Source: an uncultured Planctomycetia bacterium
GTDB lineage: Bacteria; Omnitrophota; Gorgyraeia; Duberdicusellales; 4484-171
NCBI GenBank assembly: GCA_964635565.1
Contig: CAZWON010000001.1
Location: 7,020 to 71,019 of the forward strand
Direction of reading: 5' to 3'
DNA: 64,000 nucleotides
In this document: positions 8,438 to 18,882 of the stretch, piece after piece
How the letters are laid out: every line of letters begins with the position of its first letter
Position numbering within the stretch: position 1 is the stretch's first letter
The notes under the pieces: generated by a model
Databases searched by the model: none
What the model was told of the DNA's origin: nothing
The model's input: only the letters and a program-made list of their open reading frames with translations
Program-made: the position numbers and the translations under genes

Positions 8438-9538
8438 ATGAAATGTGTGGCATTTGATTTAGGGAAAGTTTTATTTGATTTTGATTACAACATTGCTTTA
8501 GAGAAAATAAAAGATAAAGTAGGGGTAGATATCTCCTATATTATCGATGCTTTATTTTATAAAGATTTTGCAGGGGATTTTGAAAGAGGAGAAGTTGGCG
8601 CATTGGATTTTTACAATAAGTTTAAGCGAGCTTTTAAGGCAGATATTTCCTTTGAGGAGTTTAAAAGTATATGGTGCGAAATTTTCTGGCCCAAAGAGGA
8701 TGTGATTGAGTTTTTAGAAAGATTAAGAACTGTATATCCTATTTATTTGATTTCCAATATTAATGAATTGCATTTTTTTTATCTTTATAAAAAATTTAGT
8801 AGTGTATTCTCTCTTTTTGATGACCTCATTCTTTCTTTTAAAGTAAAGGCAACAAAACCAGACATTAAGATTTATGAAGAGTTAAAAAAGATTACAGCAC
8901 TATCCTATAGAGAGATTATCTATATAGATGACAGAGAAGATCTGGTTGATGAGGCAAAGAATTTAGAATTAAACACTATAAAATTTAATAGCTTAAAAGA
9001 ACTTATTCCTCAGTTAGAGAAATATAGTATTTTCTGCCCTTCCCGAAAGGAGACAGATATATTATTGGAATTAAAAAAACACATAAAAAATAGTAAGAAT
9101 ACTTTGCTTATAGGCATGGGGAATCGCCTACGTAGTGACGACATGGTTGGTTCTTCAATCATTGAAGCATTGGATGGTAGGTTAACTATAGAGACGTTAG
9201 ATGTTAAAGAGTCTTTGGAGAACTATTTAGGTAGAATAAAAGCCTCTCATTCTTCATTGGTGATATTTCTTGATTCTGCTTATTACAACGAAGAGGAAAG
9301 ATTTAGACTCTTTTCTCCTTCACAATTACAGGACCATTTTTATCTTACGCATGATTCTTCTTTACATTTCGTTGTTAAATACTTGCAAAAGGATAACTCC
9401 TTTGATATACTACTTGTTGGTATTAAGGGTTATGACTTTTTTCTTGGTGAAACAATGAGTAAGGAGACTTTGAAGGGGAAATATATATTAGAGAATTTTT
9501 TTATGAGGAATTTTTGTAAGGATAACAAGGTAAAATGA
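8438..9538 (+). CDS. Fusion of a HAD-family (YihX-like) phosphatase and a HycI-type hydrogenase maturation endopeptidase
   Basis: N-terminal FDLGKVL, LISN, KPD, YIDD. C-terminal LLIGMGNRLRSDDMVG, ENY, FLDSA, THD. Confidence 0.85.
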   Translation: MKCVAFDLGKVLFDFDYNIALEKIKDKVGVDISYIIDALFYKDFAGDFERGEVGALDFYNKFKRAFKADISFEEFKSIWCEIFWPKEDVIEFLERLRTVYPIYLISNINELHFFYLYKKFSSVFSLFDDLILSFKVKATKPDIKIYEELKKITALSYREIIYIDDREDLVDEAKNLELNTIKFNSLKELIPQLEKYSIFCPSRKETDILLELKKHIKNSKNTLLIGMGNRLRSDDMVGSSIIEALDGRLTIETLDVKESLENYLGRIKASHSSLVIFLDSAYYNEEERFRLFSPSQLQDHFYLTHDSSLHFVVKYLQKDNSFDILLVGIKGYDFFLGETMSKETLKGKYILENFFMRNFCKDNKVK

Positions 9539-9903
9539 GAAAACTAAGCTTACTTTTATGTATAGTTGTTTTTATAGGGTGTGCGCCAGTGTTAGTAGGG
9601 ACAGGCATTGTTACAGGCTATATTTTGAGTAATGATTCTGCAATGGGTAACATAAGCATTGGCTATCACCAATTATGGACTGTATGTAAAGAGACACTTG
9701 ATTATGAAGGGGCAGATATTATTTTTGCCAAAGAGTCTGCAGGAGTAATTAAAGCAAAGTTATCTGATGTTGATATTACTTTAAAGATTGATAGTGCATC
9801 TTCTGATATTCAAAGGTTAAAAGTCTCTGCCCGTAGGTATCTTTTACCTAAGCCATACATAGCGCAGGATATTTTTACTAAAATTGTTAAGAGCTTAGAG
9901 TGA
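9535..9903 (+). CDS. Putative lipoprotein (DUF3568-like)
   Basis: Signal peptide with lipobox FIGC followed by a Gly-rich hydrophobic segment. Confidence 0.6.
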   Translation: MRKLSLLLCIVVFIGCAPVLVGTGIVTGYILSNDSAMGNISIGYHQLWTVCKETLDYEGADIIFAKESAGVIKAKLSDVDITLKIDSASSDIQRLKVSARRYLLPKPYIAQDIFTKIVKSLE

Positions 9904-10658
9904 TAAGTTTATTTTTTCTTATCTTTCTTCTCAGTTGTTCTTACACACCCTGCTGTAACCATATAAAAGTAATTCAAGTTATTGATGGTGATACAGTAAA
10001 ACTTTCTGATGGGAGACTGTTGCGCTACATTGGCATAGACACTCCTGAGGTAAGAGTAAGAGAAAAATCCCGTTTTGTCTACAATCCCCAACCTTTTTCT
10101 CTGGAAGCCAAAGAGTTAAATAGAAAACTTGTGGAAAATAAATTTGTAAGAGTTGAATTTGATATTGAGAAGTTTGATGTATATGGTAGAATGTTAGGCT
10201 ATTGCTTTGTAGATGATATTTTTGTGAATGCCAGGCTTATTGAGGAAGGGTTAGCAGTTCTTTATACAAAGCCTCCAAATGTAAAATATACCGATTTATT
10301 TGTAACCTTACAGAAAAAGGCTCAAGCTTTGCATAAAGGGATATGGGGAGCTTATGAAGTTGTGTCTAGTAATGGAGCTTACAATTTTATTAACCAGATT
10401 AGAACGGTTAAAGGGAAGGTTAAAGGGGTATACACCTCAAAAAAAGCAGTTTTCCTAAATTTTGGAGAAGATTATAGAAAAGATTTCACTGTAGTTATTT
10501 TCAACGACTGCTTAGGATTTTTTAAGGAAAAAAATATTAATCCCTTAACTTTCTACAGAGATAAAGAGATAAAGGTGTGGGGTAGAATTAGAGAATATAA
10601 CGGTCCAGAAATTATTGTATGCAATCCCTCTCAGATAGAGGTAGTCAATGAAAAATAA
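9900..10658 (+). CDS. Exported thermonuclease (SNase) with a C-terminal OB-fold-like domain
   Basis: VIDGDT, RYIGIDTPE, DVYGRMLGY, NARLIEEGLA, GIWG; lipobox LLSC. Confidence 0.9.
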   Translation: MISLFFLIFLLSCSYTPCCNHIKVIQVIDGDTVKLSDGRLLRYIGIDTPEVRVREKSRFVYNPQPFSLEAKELNRKLVENKFVRVEFDIEKFDVYGRMLGYCFVDDIFVNARLIEEGLAVLYTKPPNVKYTDLFVTLQKKAQALHKGIWGAYEVVSSNGAYNFINQIRTVKGKVKGVYTSKKAVFLNFGEDYRKDFTVVIFNDCLGFFKEKNINPLTFYRDKEIKVWGRIREYNGPEIIVCNPSQIEVVNEK

Positions 10659-11388
10659 TTTGTTATTATTAGTTATTTTGTTGGGTTTTTATGGATGTGT
10701 CACAGTTTATAATCCTGCCACCCAGAAGGAAGAAATATATTTTGTAAGTGATGAGGAAGAAATTGCCATGGGAAAAAATTTAGCGCAGGAGATTATTAAT
10801 AATAATAAAATTATAAGAGACAGAAATAAACTGGCCTATCTTGTTAAAGTAGGAGAAGAGATAGCTAATGTGTGTGATAGGAACTACCTGGATTATCATT
10901 TTTATATTCTTGATAAAGAGGGGATGAATGCTTTTTCTCTGCCTGGCGGTTATATTTTTGTTAATGATGGTCTTTTAGAGAAGACTACAGAGGGAGAATT
11001 AGCATTTGTTTTAGCCCATGAAATTGGACATATTTGTGCTCGCCATTCTGTAAAACGACTGCAAGCCTCATTAGGGGCAAGTATTGTATTAAGTCTTGCC
11101 TTAAAAGGTATAGATGATTTCTTAATAAAAAGAGCTATAGATATAGTTTATAATGTTGTATCTTTAGGATATGCACGGAAAGATGAATTTTTGGCTGATG
11201 CCTTGGCAGTTAAATATACTTATAAAGCTGGTTATAATCCCTTGAGGGGAATAAGCCTTATGGAGAAGCTTAAAAAGAACGCCCATAATGATTATACTTT
11301 AGTATTCTTGCGCAGTCATCCCCCTGTAGATGAAAGGATAGCTAATATAAAAAGGAAGATAGAGGGACTGAAGGAAGACAGTAGTTGA
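10648..11388 (+). CDS. M48 family zinc metallopeptidase lipoprotein
   Basis: Lipobox FYGC, NAFSLPGG, HEIGH, E-AD, SHP--ERI. Confidence 0.92.
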   Translation: MKNNLLLLVILLGFYGCVTVYNPATQKEEIYFVSDEEEIAMGKNLAQEIINNNKIIRDRNKLAYLVKVGEEIANVCDRNYLDYHFYILDKEGMNAFSLPGGYIFVNDGLLEKTTEGELAFVLAHEIGHICARHSVKRLQASLGASIVLSLALKGIDDFLIKRAIDIVYNVVSLGYARKDEFLADALAVKYTYKAGYNPLRGISLMEKLKKNAHNDYTLVFLRSHPPVDERIANIKRKIEGLKEDSS

Positions 11389-11410
11389 ATTCTTTAAAGA
11401 AGATTTTTAG

Positions 11411-11439
11411 TTGAACAAAAAGGTATTAGGCGTTATTAT
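11411..11439 (+). promoter_or_regulatory. Putative sigma70 promoter of the pur cluster
   Basis: TTGAAC-17 nt-TATTAT, ending 16 nt before the purB ATG. Confidence 0.45.
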
Positions 11440-11455
11440 TTAATGTTGCGATAAA

Positions 11456-12745
11456 ATGATTGCAAGATATATACCCAGAGAGATTGGTAAAATATGGAGT
11501 GAAGAGGAAAAGTTCAAGCGTTTCTTAGAGATAGAAATTTTGTTAGTTGAAGCTTTGGAGAAAAAGAAACTTATCCCAAAAGGAGTCTCAGTAAGAATTC
11601 GTAAAAAAGCAAATATTTCTGTAGAAAGAATAAAGAAGATTGAGAAAAAAACTCGCCATGACATAGTTGCTTTTCTTGAAAATCTTTCTTCTTCTATTGG
11701 CAAAGATGCCCAGTATCTTCATTATGGCCTTACCTCTAGTGATCTTTTAGATACTGCCTTAAGCTGGCAAATTAAAGATTCCCTTAAAATAATTTTAAAA
11801 GATTTAGGTATTCTTATAAGAGAGGTTAAAGGCAAAGCTCTTAAATATAAAGATACGCTATGTATTGCTCGTACCCATGGCGTACATGCAGAAATTTATA
11901 GTTTCGGATTAAAATTCTTGTATCTATATAATGATTTAAAAAGAGAGTACGACCTTCTTAAGCAGAGTATTAATATTATCTCTACAGGGAAGATTTCAGG
12001 GGCAGTAGGAACATTTGTTTATTTTTCTCCTTGGGTAGAAGAATATATCTGTAAGAAAATAGGCATTGGGTTTTCAGCTGTATCTACCCAGATTGTTTCT
12101 CGAGAGCGGTTTGCTTATTATCTTTCTCTTTTAGCTCTTTTGGGCTCTACTTTGGAGCGTTTTGCCACAGAAATCAGACACTTACATCGCACGGAGGTTA
12201 ATGAGGCTAAAGAGCCTTTTTATAGAGGACAGACAGGTTCAAGTGCAATGCCACATAAACAGAATCCTATTATTTGTGAGAGAATCTGTGGTTTAGCACG
12301 AATATTAAGAGGTAATATGTTAGCTTCCTATGAAAATATAAATCTTTGGCATGAGCGGGATATATCGCATTCTTCCTGTGAGAGAATTATTATTCCTGAT
12401 TCTTCTATTGTTATTGATTATATGTTGAGGAAAATGACAGAGGTTATAAAAAATCTAAGGGTTAATACCTCAAATATGATGAAAAATATTGAGTTAAACA
12501 GAGGTCTTGTTTTTTCTCAGAGAGCACTTCTTAAGTTGATGGAAAAAGGAGTGGAACGCATTAAAGCATACGAGATTATCCAGAATATCTCTTTAAGGGT
12601 AATAAATAATAAGTCTAATTTTAGAAAAGAAGCCAAGCATGATAAACGTCTAAAACGATATCTTAGCGAGAAAGAGTTAGAAGATATTTTTATTCCTTAT
12701 AATTACCTTAAAAATATAGATAAAATATATAAACGTCTCATATAA
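11456..12745 (+). CDS. purB: Adenylosuccinate lyase
   Basis: RHD, HYGLTSSD, RTHGVHAE, GSSAMPHKQNP, HERDISHS. Confidence 0.97.
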   Translation: MIARYIPREIGKIWSEEEKFKRFLEIEILLVEALEKKKLIPKGVSVRIRKKANISVERIKKIEKKTRHDIVAFLENLSSSIGKDAQYLHYGLTSSDLLDTALSWQIKDSLKIILKDLGILIREVKGKALKYKDTLCIARTHGVHAEIYSFGLKFLYLYNDLKREYDLLKQSINIISTGKISGAVGTFVYFSPWVEEYICKKIGIGFSAVSTQIVSRERFAYYLSLLALLGSTLERFATEIRHLHRTEVNEAKEPFYRGQTGSSAMPHKQNPIICERICGLARILRGNMLASYENINLWHERDISHSSCERIIIPDSSIVIDYMLRKMTEVIKNLRVNTSNMMKNIELNRGLVFSQRALLKLMEKGVERIKAYEIIQNISLRVINNKSNFRKEAKHDKRLKRYLSEKELEDIFIPYNYLKNIDKIYKRLI

Positions 12746-12804
12746 TTTTGACCTTTTTACTCTTATTTTTGTTTCTGATTTTTTTAATTCCTTAAGGAAA
12801 AATA

Positions 12805-15693
12805 ATGATATGGCGCATTGATGTTTATAGGAGAGAAAAATCGTCTTCTAAGCTTTCTGAAGAAATAAAAGATTTAGGGATAACTAAGGAAATAAATATT
12901 TTTACCAAAAAGATATATTTTATTGAAGCGGACCTAAAAGAGGAAAATCTTCACCAAATAGCAAAAAATCTTTTAATTGACCCTCTCTTAGAGAATTATG
13001 TGCTTACAGAAGGCTTCTTCTCCCGGAAGCCCTCTTCTGATGAAATAATCATTACTTATAATCCTGGTGTATGTGATACAGTTGCCTTATCTTTAGCCAG
13101 AGCTATAAAGGGCTTTTCTTTTTGTGTTAAGAATGTTCGGACTGCCCGTTACTATAAATTTACTGGCTTAAACACAGAGGAGATTTTTTTTATAGCCCAG
13201 AAATTGCTGTATAATCCTCTTATTGAACATATTCTTGATTACAATACAGTAAAAAAACTCGATAGCCTTGATGAATTTTCTGGGGGCAAATATCAATTCA
13301 AACTTAAAAAAGTAAATATTATTGAGGCAGATGAAAAAGAGCTCATAGATATTTCCAAGCGTGGTAATCTCTCATTAACATTGGAAGAGATGGAAAGAAT
13401 AAAAGAGTATTTCACCCAGGAAGGAAGACAACCTACAGATTGTGAATTAGAGACTATTGCTCAAACTTGGTCAGAGCATTGTGCCCATAAAACCTTTCGC
13501 GGGATAATTCAATATCAAGAAAAAGACCCTCAAGGTGGCATTATTAAGGAAGAGAGGATAGTTAATCTTTTGAAATCTACAATTATGAAGGCAACTCAAG
13601 AAATAAATTCTTCAGGATGTGTTTCTGTTTTTGAGGACAATTCGGGGATAGTAAATTTTGATGATAAACATAATATTTGTTTTAAAGTAGAAACACATAA
13701 TCATCCTTCAAGTTTAGAACCTTATGGAGGCGCTTCCACGGGTATTGGAGGAGTTATCCGGGATATTCTGGGAACAGGTATTTCTGCAAAACCTATTGCT
13801 AATATTGATGTATTTTGCTTTTCTTCCCCTCATTTGCCCTATAAGAAGGTTCCCTGTGGCCTTTTACATCCTAAAAGGATTATAAAAGGAGTAGTTAAAG
13901 GAGTAAGCGACTATGGGAACAGAGTAGGTATTCCTACAGTAGCAGGAGCAGTAATATTTGATGAGCGATATTTGGGTAATCCTTTGGTTTACTGTGGCAC
14001 AGTAGGAATAATTCCCAAGAAAGCATCTTTTAAGAAGGTGTGTTCAGGAGAAGCTATTATTCTTTGTGGTGCACCTACAGGCAGAGATGGAATTCATGGT
14101 GCTACTTTTTCTTCAGTAGAACTTTCTAAAGAGACAGTTACTCTTACTTCTGCAGTACAGATTGGTAATCCCATTGAAGAGAAAAAGCTGATAGAAGCAA
14201 TAATAAGACTGAGAGATGCTAATCTCATCCATGCGATAACTGACTGTGGGGCAGGAGGATTATCCAGTGCTATAGGAGAATTAGCCAAGGAGTGGGGAGC
14301 AGAGGTATGGTTAGATAAAGTTCCTCTTAAATATGAAGGGTTAAGTTACACAGAAATATGGATTTCTGAATCTCAGGAAAGAATGGTTCTTTTTGTGGAG
14401 AAAAATGACTTGGAGGAAATTAAAACTATATTTGATGAAGAGGAGGTTCTTTTTTCAGTAATAGGAGAAGTGAACGCTACAAAAAGACTTACCCTTTTTT
14501 ATAAGGATAATAAAGTAGCTGATTTAGATATGGAGTTTCTTCATAAAATACCTACCCTTCGTAAAAAAGCAATATGGGTAAAAAAAGAAGAACAGTGTTA
14601 CAAGGTAGAGGAGAAAGTTAATTATAATGAGGATTTAAAGAAACTTCTTTCCAGTTTTAATATTTCTCCTAAAGATTGGATTATTCGCCAATATGACCAT
14701 GAGGTTCAGGCGCAGTCCGTAATTAAGCCTATTTTAGGGATAGAGAGAGTGGGAGTATCGGATGCTGTAATAATAAGACCAACTTTGGCAAGTAAAAAGT
14801 GTATTGCAATTGGGGTGGGCATAAATCCTTTTTATTCTGATATAGACCCTTACTGGATGTCTGCATTAGCAATTAATGAAGCACTTCGCAATGTGCTTTG
14901 TGTAGGAGGTTCTTTAGAGAATACCTATTTTTTGGATAATTTTAGTTGGCCAGCTCCTACAGATGAACATAGTTTAGGAGGGTTAGTAAGGGCTTCAAAA
15001 GCTTGTTATGATTTTTCACTATTTTTTGGAGTGCCTTTTATTTCAGGTAAAGACAGTCTTTATAATGAATATGTTGTTGAAGGGGTAAGAATTGCTATTC
15101 CGGGGACGCTGTTAATTTCTGCATTATCAATTATTGACGATTATAATAAAGTAATAGGGAGTAGTTTTCAGCAAGAGGGAAACTTAATCTATATTTTAGG
15201 TCTTACTTTCTCTGAAATGGGAGGCTCGGAATACTTTCGGAGTTTAGGTATAAAAAATAAAGGTATTGTGCCTAAAGTTGATAAGCAACTTTCACAGAAG
15301 ATTTTCACTTCTTTAGAAAAAGCAATAAAAAATAGGCTAATTTCTTCTTGTCATGATTGTTCAGAAGGAGGATTGGCAGTAGCTATTTGTGAGATGTGTC
15401 TGAATTCTGATAAAGGAGCATCTATTTTTTTAAGTGAAGTTCCTAAAGATAAAGACCTTCTTAATTATGAAGCTTTATTTTCTGAGAGTTCTTCAAGGTT
15501 TATTGTTGAAGTAGAAAAAGATAAAAAAGAAAAATTTGAAAGATGTATTAAAGATATTCCCTTTGGTTTAATCGGCTGTGTATCTCCAGATAAGCGACTT
15601 ATCGTCTATGGGAAAGATGGTAAAGAAATAATTAACAATTCTTTAGACTGTTTTTATAAAGCCTGGACAATGACATTTGAAGAGTTCAGATGA
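12805..15693 (+). CDS. purL: FGAM synthase subunit PurL with N-terminal PurS-like region
   Basis: QTWSEHCAHK, KVETHNHPS, GRDGIHGA, DCGAGG, SESQERM, QYDHEV, GKDS. Confidence 0.96.
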   Translation: MIWRIDVYRREKSSSKLSEEIKDLGITKEINIFTKKIYFIEADLKEENLHQIAKNLLIDPLLENYVLTEGFFSRKPSSDEIIITYNPGVCDTVALSLARAIKGFSFCVKNVRTARYYKFTGLNTEEIFFIAQKLLYNPLIEHILDYNTVKKLDSLDEFSGGKYQFKLKKVNIIEADEKELIDISKRGNLSLTLEEMERIKEYFTQEGRQPTDCELETIAQTWSEHCAHKTFRGIIQYQEKDPQGGIIKEERIVNLLKSTIMKATQEINSSGCVSVFEDNSGIVNFDDKHNICFKVETHNHPSSLEPYGGASTGIGGVIRDILGTGISAKPIANIDVFCFSSPHLPYKKVPCGLLHPKRIIKGVVKGVSDYGNRVGIPTVAGAVIFDERYLGNPLVYCGTVGIIPKKASFKKVCSGEAIILCGAPTGRDGIHGATFSSVELSKETVTLTSAVQIGNPIEEKKLIEAIIRLRDANLIHAITDCGAGGLSSAIGELAKEWGAEVWLDKVPLKYEGLSYTEIWISESQERMVLFVEKNDLEEIKTIFDEEEVLFSVIGEVNATKRLTLFYKDNKVADLDMEFLHKIPTLRKKAIWVKKEEQCYKVEEKVNYNEDLKKLLSSFNISPKDWIIRQYDHEVQAQSVIKPILGIERVGVSDAVIIRPTLASKKCIAIGVGINPFYSDIDPYWMSALAINEALRNVLCVGGSLENTYFLDNFSWPAPTDEHSLGGLVRASKACYDFSLFFGVPFISGKDSLYNEYVVEGVRIAIPGTLLISALSIIDDYNKVIGSSFQQEGNLIYILGLTFSEMGGSEYFRSLGIKNKGIVPKVDKQLSQKIFTSLEKAIKNRLISSCHDCSEGGLAVAICEMCLNSDKGASIFLSEVPKDKDLLNYEALFSESSSRFIVEVEKDKKEKFERCIKDIPFGLIGCVSPDKRLIVYGKDGKEIINNSLDCFYKAWTMTFEEFR

Positions 15694-16454
15694 GGCCTAA
15701 AGTTTTGATTTTCCGTACAGCAGGGACAAATTGTGATAGAGAGACAGAGTTTGCTTTTAATTTAGCAGGAGCAGAGCCAGTATTGTCCCATATTAATACT
15801 ATAAAAAACAAAAGGGATTTTTCTAAGTATCAAATTATTTGCATTCCTGGTGGTTTTAGTTATGGTGACGATTTAGGAGCAGGGAAAATCTTCTCTTTGG
15901 AGCTACTTCTTTGGTTTAGAGATTATTTAGAAAAATTTTTAAATAAAGGGAAATTAATCTTGGGGATATGTAATGGTTTTCAGGTATTAATAAAGACAGG
16001 GATTTTGCCTGATGCTGATTTTAAACAAAAAGTAACTTTAACTAATAATGATTCAGAACGTTTTGAAGACAGATGGGTATATCTTAAGATTGAAGAGGAA
16101 GGAAGTGCTAAGGATATATGGTTTAAAGACTTACCTCGTATTATTCTTCTTCCTGTTGCTCATGCTGAAGGAAGATTTTTTGCTCCTTCAGATGTATTAG
16201 AAAGAATAGAGAGTAATAATCAAATAGCATTGCGGTATGTTAATAAAGAGGGGAAAGCTTGCGGTTATCCTTTTAATCCTAATGGGTCTTATAGGAATAT
16301 TGCTGGGATTACGGACAGAAATGGAAAGGTTTTAGGGCTGATGCCTCATCCTGAACGTTTTATTTTTAAACATCATCATCCTTTTTGGCCTAAAGAAAAA
16401 ATGTTTCCTTGGGGATTGAAAATTATTAAAAATGCTGTAGAGTATATTAGTTAA
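15690..16454 (+). CDS. purQ: FGAM synthase glutaminase subunit
   Basis: GTNCD, PGGFSYGD, GICNGFQ, AHAEG, NPNGS, MPHPER. Confidence 0.97.
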   Translation: MRPKVLIFRTAGTNCDRETEFAFNLAGAEPVLSHINTIKNKRDFSKYQIICIPGGFSYGDDLGAGKIFSLELLLWFRDYLEKFLNKGKLILGICNGFQVLIKTGILPDADFKQKVTLTNNDSERFEDRWVYLKIEEEGSAKDIWFKDLPRIILLPVAHAEGRFFAPSDVLERIESNNQIALRYVNKEGKACGYPFNPNGSYRNIAGITDRNGKVLGLMPHPERFIFKHHHPFWPKEKMFPWGLKIIKNAVEYIS

Positions 16455-16462
16455 GTGAAGTT

Positions 16463-17857
16463 ATGAGAGAGATAAAAGAGCACTGTGGTTTATTTGGAGT
16501 ATATAATAACGAAGACGCTTCTTTTCTTACTTTTTTGGGCCTTTATTCCTTACAACATCGAGGAGAAGAATCGTGCGGAATAGTTACCTTTGATGGTTCA
16601 GGTTTTCATCATTATCGAGGGATGGGATTAGTAGGTGAGGTATTTACTGAAGATAAGGTAAAGGAACTTAAAGGATATCAAGCAATAGGCCATGTACGTT
16701 ATTCTACTACTGGTTCTACTGCTGTGCGTAATATCCAGCCCCTCTTTGCTAATTCTTATCATCTGTCTTTAGCTTTAGCTCATAATGGCAATTTGATAAA
16801 TTCACTCTCTTTAAGAAAAGAGCTTGAATCCAAAGGTTCTATTTTTCAATCTAGTTCTGATTCTGAAATTATATTGCATCTTATTATGCGTTCTAAGAAG
16901 GTAACTATGGTAGAGAAGATCTTTGATGCTTTGGAGAAGATTAGGGGAGCGTATTCAGTTATAATGATGGATAAAAATGGCATTATTGGCATAAGAGATC
17001 CTTTAGGGTTTAGGCCTCTTTGTATTGGTAGAAGAGGTGAGAGTTTTTTCATCTCTTCAGAAAGCTGTGCTTTAGATCTTGTGGGCGCTGAGTTTATAAA
17101 AGAAGTAGAGCCTTCTGAAGCTGTGATAATTGATAAAGAAGGGATACATTCTTATAAAATGCCAAAGGTATCTAAGAAATTTGCCTTTTGTTCTTTTGAG
17201 CATGTGTATTTTTCCCGTCCCGATTCTATTATCTTTGGGGAAACAGTGCACTTGGTAAGAGAAAAGTTAGGAGAAAAATTAGCCCAAGAACATCCTGTAG
17301 AAGGTGATTGTATTATAGGGGTGCCTGATTCAGGAACATCTGCTGCATTAGGATTCTCTAAAGCAAGTGGTATTCCTTTAGAAATTGGGATAATTCGTAA
17401 TCACTACATAGGAAGGACATTTATTCAACCTTATCAAAATAAACGGGAATTGGGAGTAAAGGTGAAGTTTAATCTTTTAAGAGAAATAATTAAAAATAAG
17501 AGGATAGTGATAGTTGATGATTCTATTGTGCGGGGTACAACTTCTAAAATAAGAGTTAAGAATTTCAGAAATATGGGGGCTAAAGAAGTGCACTTACGGA
17601 TTTCCTGTCCTCCCCATCGTTTTGGTTGTGTTTACGGAATAGATTTTCCTGATGCTAAAAAACTCATTGCCCATAATATGGGAATAAAGGAGATTGAGGA
17701 GTTTTTGGAAGTAGATAGCTTAGGATACTTAAGCCTGGAAGGTATGCTTAGCTGTTTTAAGCATGCAAAAAACTACTATTGTACTGCTTGCTGGAGTGGT
17801 AAGTACCCTCTCAAATTTCATAATGTCTATAAGTATTCTTTAGAAGAAGAATTATGA
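16463..17857 (+). CDS. purF: Amidophosphoribosyltransferase
   Basis: Propeptide then CGLFG, LQHRG, GHVRYST, VDDSIVRGTT, YGID, CTAC. Confidence 0.97.
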   Translation: MREIKEHCGLFGVYNNEDASFLTFLGLYSLQHRGEESCGIVTFDGSGFHHYRGMGLVGEVFTEDKVKELKGYQAIGHVRYSTTGSTAVRNIQPLFANSYHLSLALAHNGNLINSLSLRKELESKGSIFQSSSDSEIILHLIMRSKKVTMVEKIFDALEKIRGAYSVIMMDKNGIIGIRDPLGFRPLCIGRRGESFFISSESCALDLVGAEFIKEVEPSEAVIIDKEGIHSYKMPKVSKKFAFCSFEHVYFSRPDSIIFGETVHLVREKLGEKLAQEHPVEGDCIIGVPDSGTSAALGFSKASGIPLEIGIIRNHYIGRTFIQPYQNKRELGVKVKFNLLREIIKNKRIVIVDDSIVRGTTSKIRVKNFRNMGAKEVHLRISCPPHRFGCVYGIDFPDAKKLIAHNMGIKEIEEFLEVDSLGYLSLEGMLSCFKHAKNYYCTACWSGKYPLKFHNVYKYSLEEEL

Positions 17858-18843
17858 TTACTTATAAAAAAGCAGGTGTAGATATAAAAAAAGCAGAGAT
17901 TTTTGTAAAAAAAATTAGAGGAAGAGATGAATCTCAGCCTTTTTTAGGATTTGCTTCTGTATTTGATACAAAAGTTTTTAAGAATTACAAAAATCCCTTT
18001 TTAGTTTCTTCTTGTGATGGGGTAGGGACAAAGTTGAAAATCGCCCAACAACTGGATATTCATTATTCTGTAGGTATTGATTTAGTAGCAATGAATGTTA
18101 ATGATATAGTTTGTTTAGGAGCAGAGCCTCTTTTTTTTCTGGATTATATTGCCTGCGGTAAATTAAAAATAAATATTCTGACCAGCATAATAAAAGGAAT
18201 AAAAAGAGGATTAAAGGAAGCAGGATGTGTTCTTATTGGAGGAGAAACCGCAGAAATGCCGGGAATGTATAGAAATAATGAGTATGATTTAGCAGGATTT
18301 TGTGTAGGTGTTGTGGAAAAAAATAGATTGATTGACGGAAGAAGAATTAAAAAAGGTGATGTTGTTTTAGGATTGGCTTCCAGTGGTATTCATTCCAATG
18401 GCTATTCTCTTATAAGAAAGATATTGACACCGAAGGATATAATTAAGTACTCCTCTCAATTGCTTAAGCCAACACGTATTTATGTAAAGTCAGTCCTTTC
18501 TTTACTTAAAGCTACCGGATATAATTTTCAGATTATTAAAGGAATTGCTCATATTACAGGAGGTGCTTTTTATAACAAGGCAGTAAAAATTTTACCTCCT
18601 TCTTTGGGGATGATTATTAATAAACGAAGTTGGCCAGTTCCTAAGATATTCAGAGTTATTAGAGAAAAAGGAAAAATTAGTGATAACCAGATGTATTCGG
18701 TGTTTAATATGGGTATAGGAATGATTATTGTTGTAGATAGAATATGGGCAGAACGTATTCAGAAGATTCTTGCTTCCTATCGAGTAGCCTCTTATATAAT
18801 AGGTAAGATTGTTGTTAGCAGGTCAAAAGTAAGAATTCTATGA
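17854..18843 (+). CDS. purM: AIR synthetase
   Basis: DGVGTKL, GGETAEMPG, SSGIHSNGYS, HITGG, FNMGIG. Confidence 0.97.
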   Translation: MITYKKAGVDIKKAEIFVKKIRGRDESQPFLGFASVFDTKVFKNYKNPFLVSSCDGVGTKLKIAQQLDIHYSVGIDLVAMNVNDIVCLGAEPLFFLDYIACGKLKINILTSIIKGIKRGLKEAGCVLIGGETAEMPGMYRNNEYDLAGFCVGVVEKNRLIDGRRIKKGDVVLGLASSGIHSNGYSLIRKILTPKDIIKYSSQLLKPTRIYVKSVLSLLKATGYNFQIIKGIAHITGGAFYNKAVKILPPSLGMIINKRSWPVPKIFRVIREKGKISDNQMYSVFNMGIGMIIVVDRIWAERIQKILASYRVASYIIGKIVVSRSKVRIL

Positions 18844-18882
18844 CTAACGGAGAACATTAAATACCTTTAGAGGGAGGTTTGA

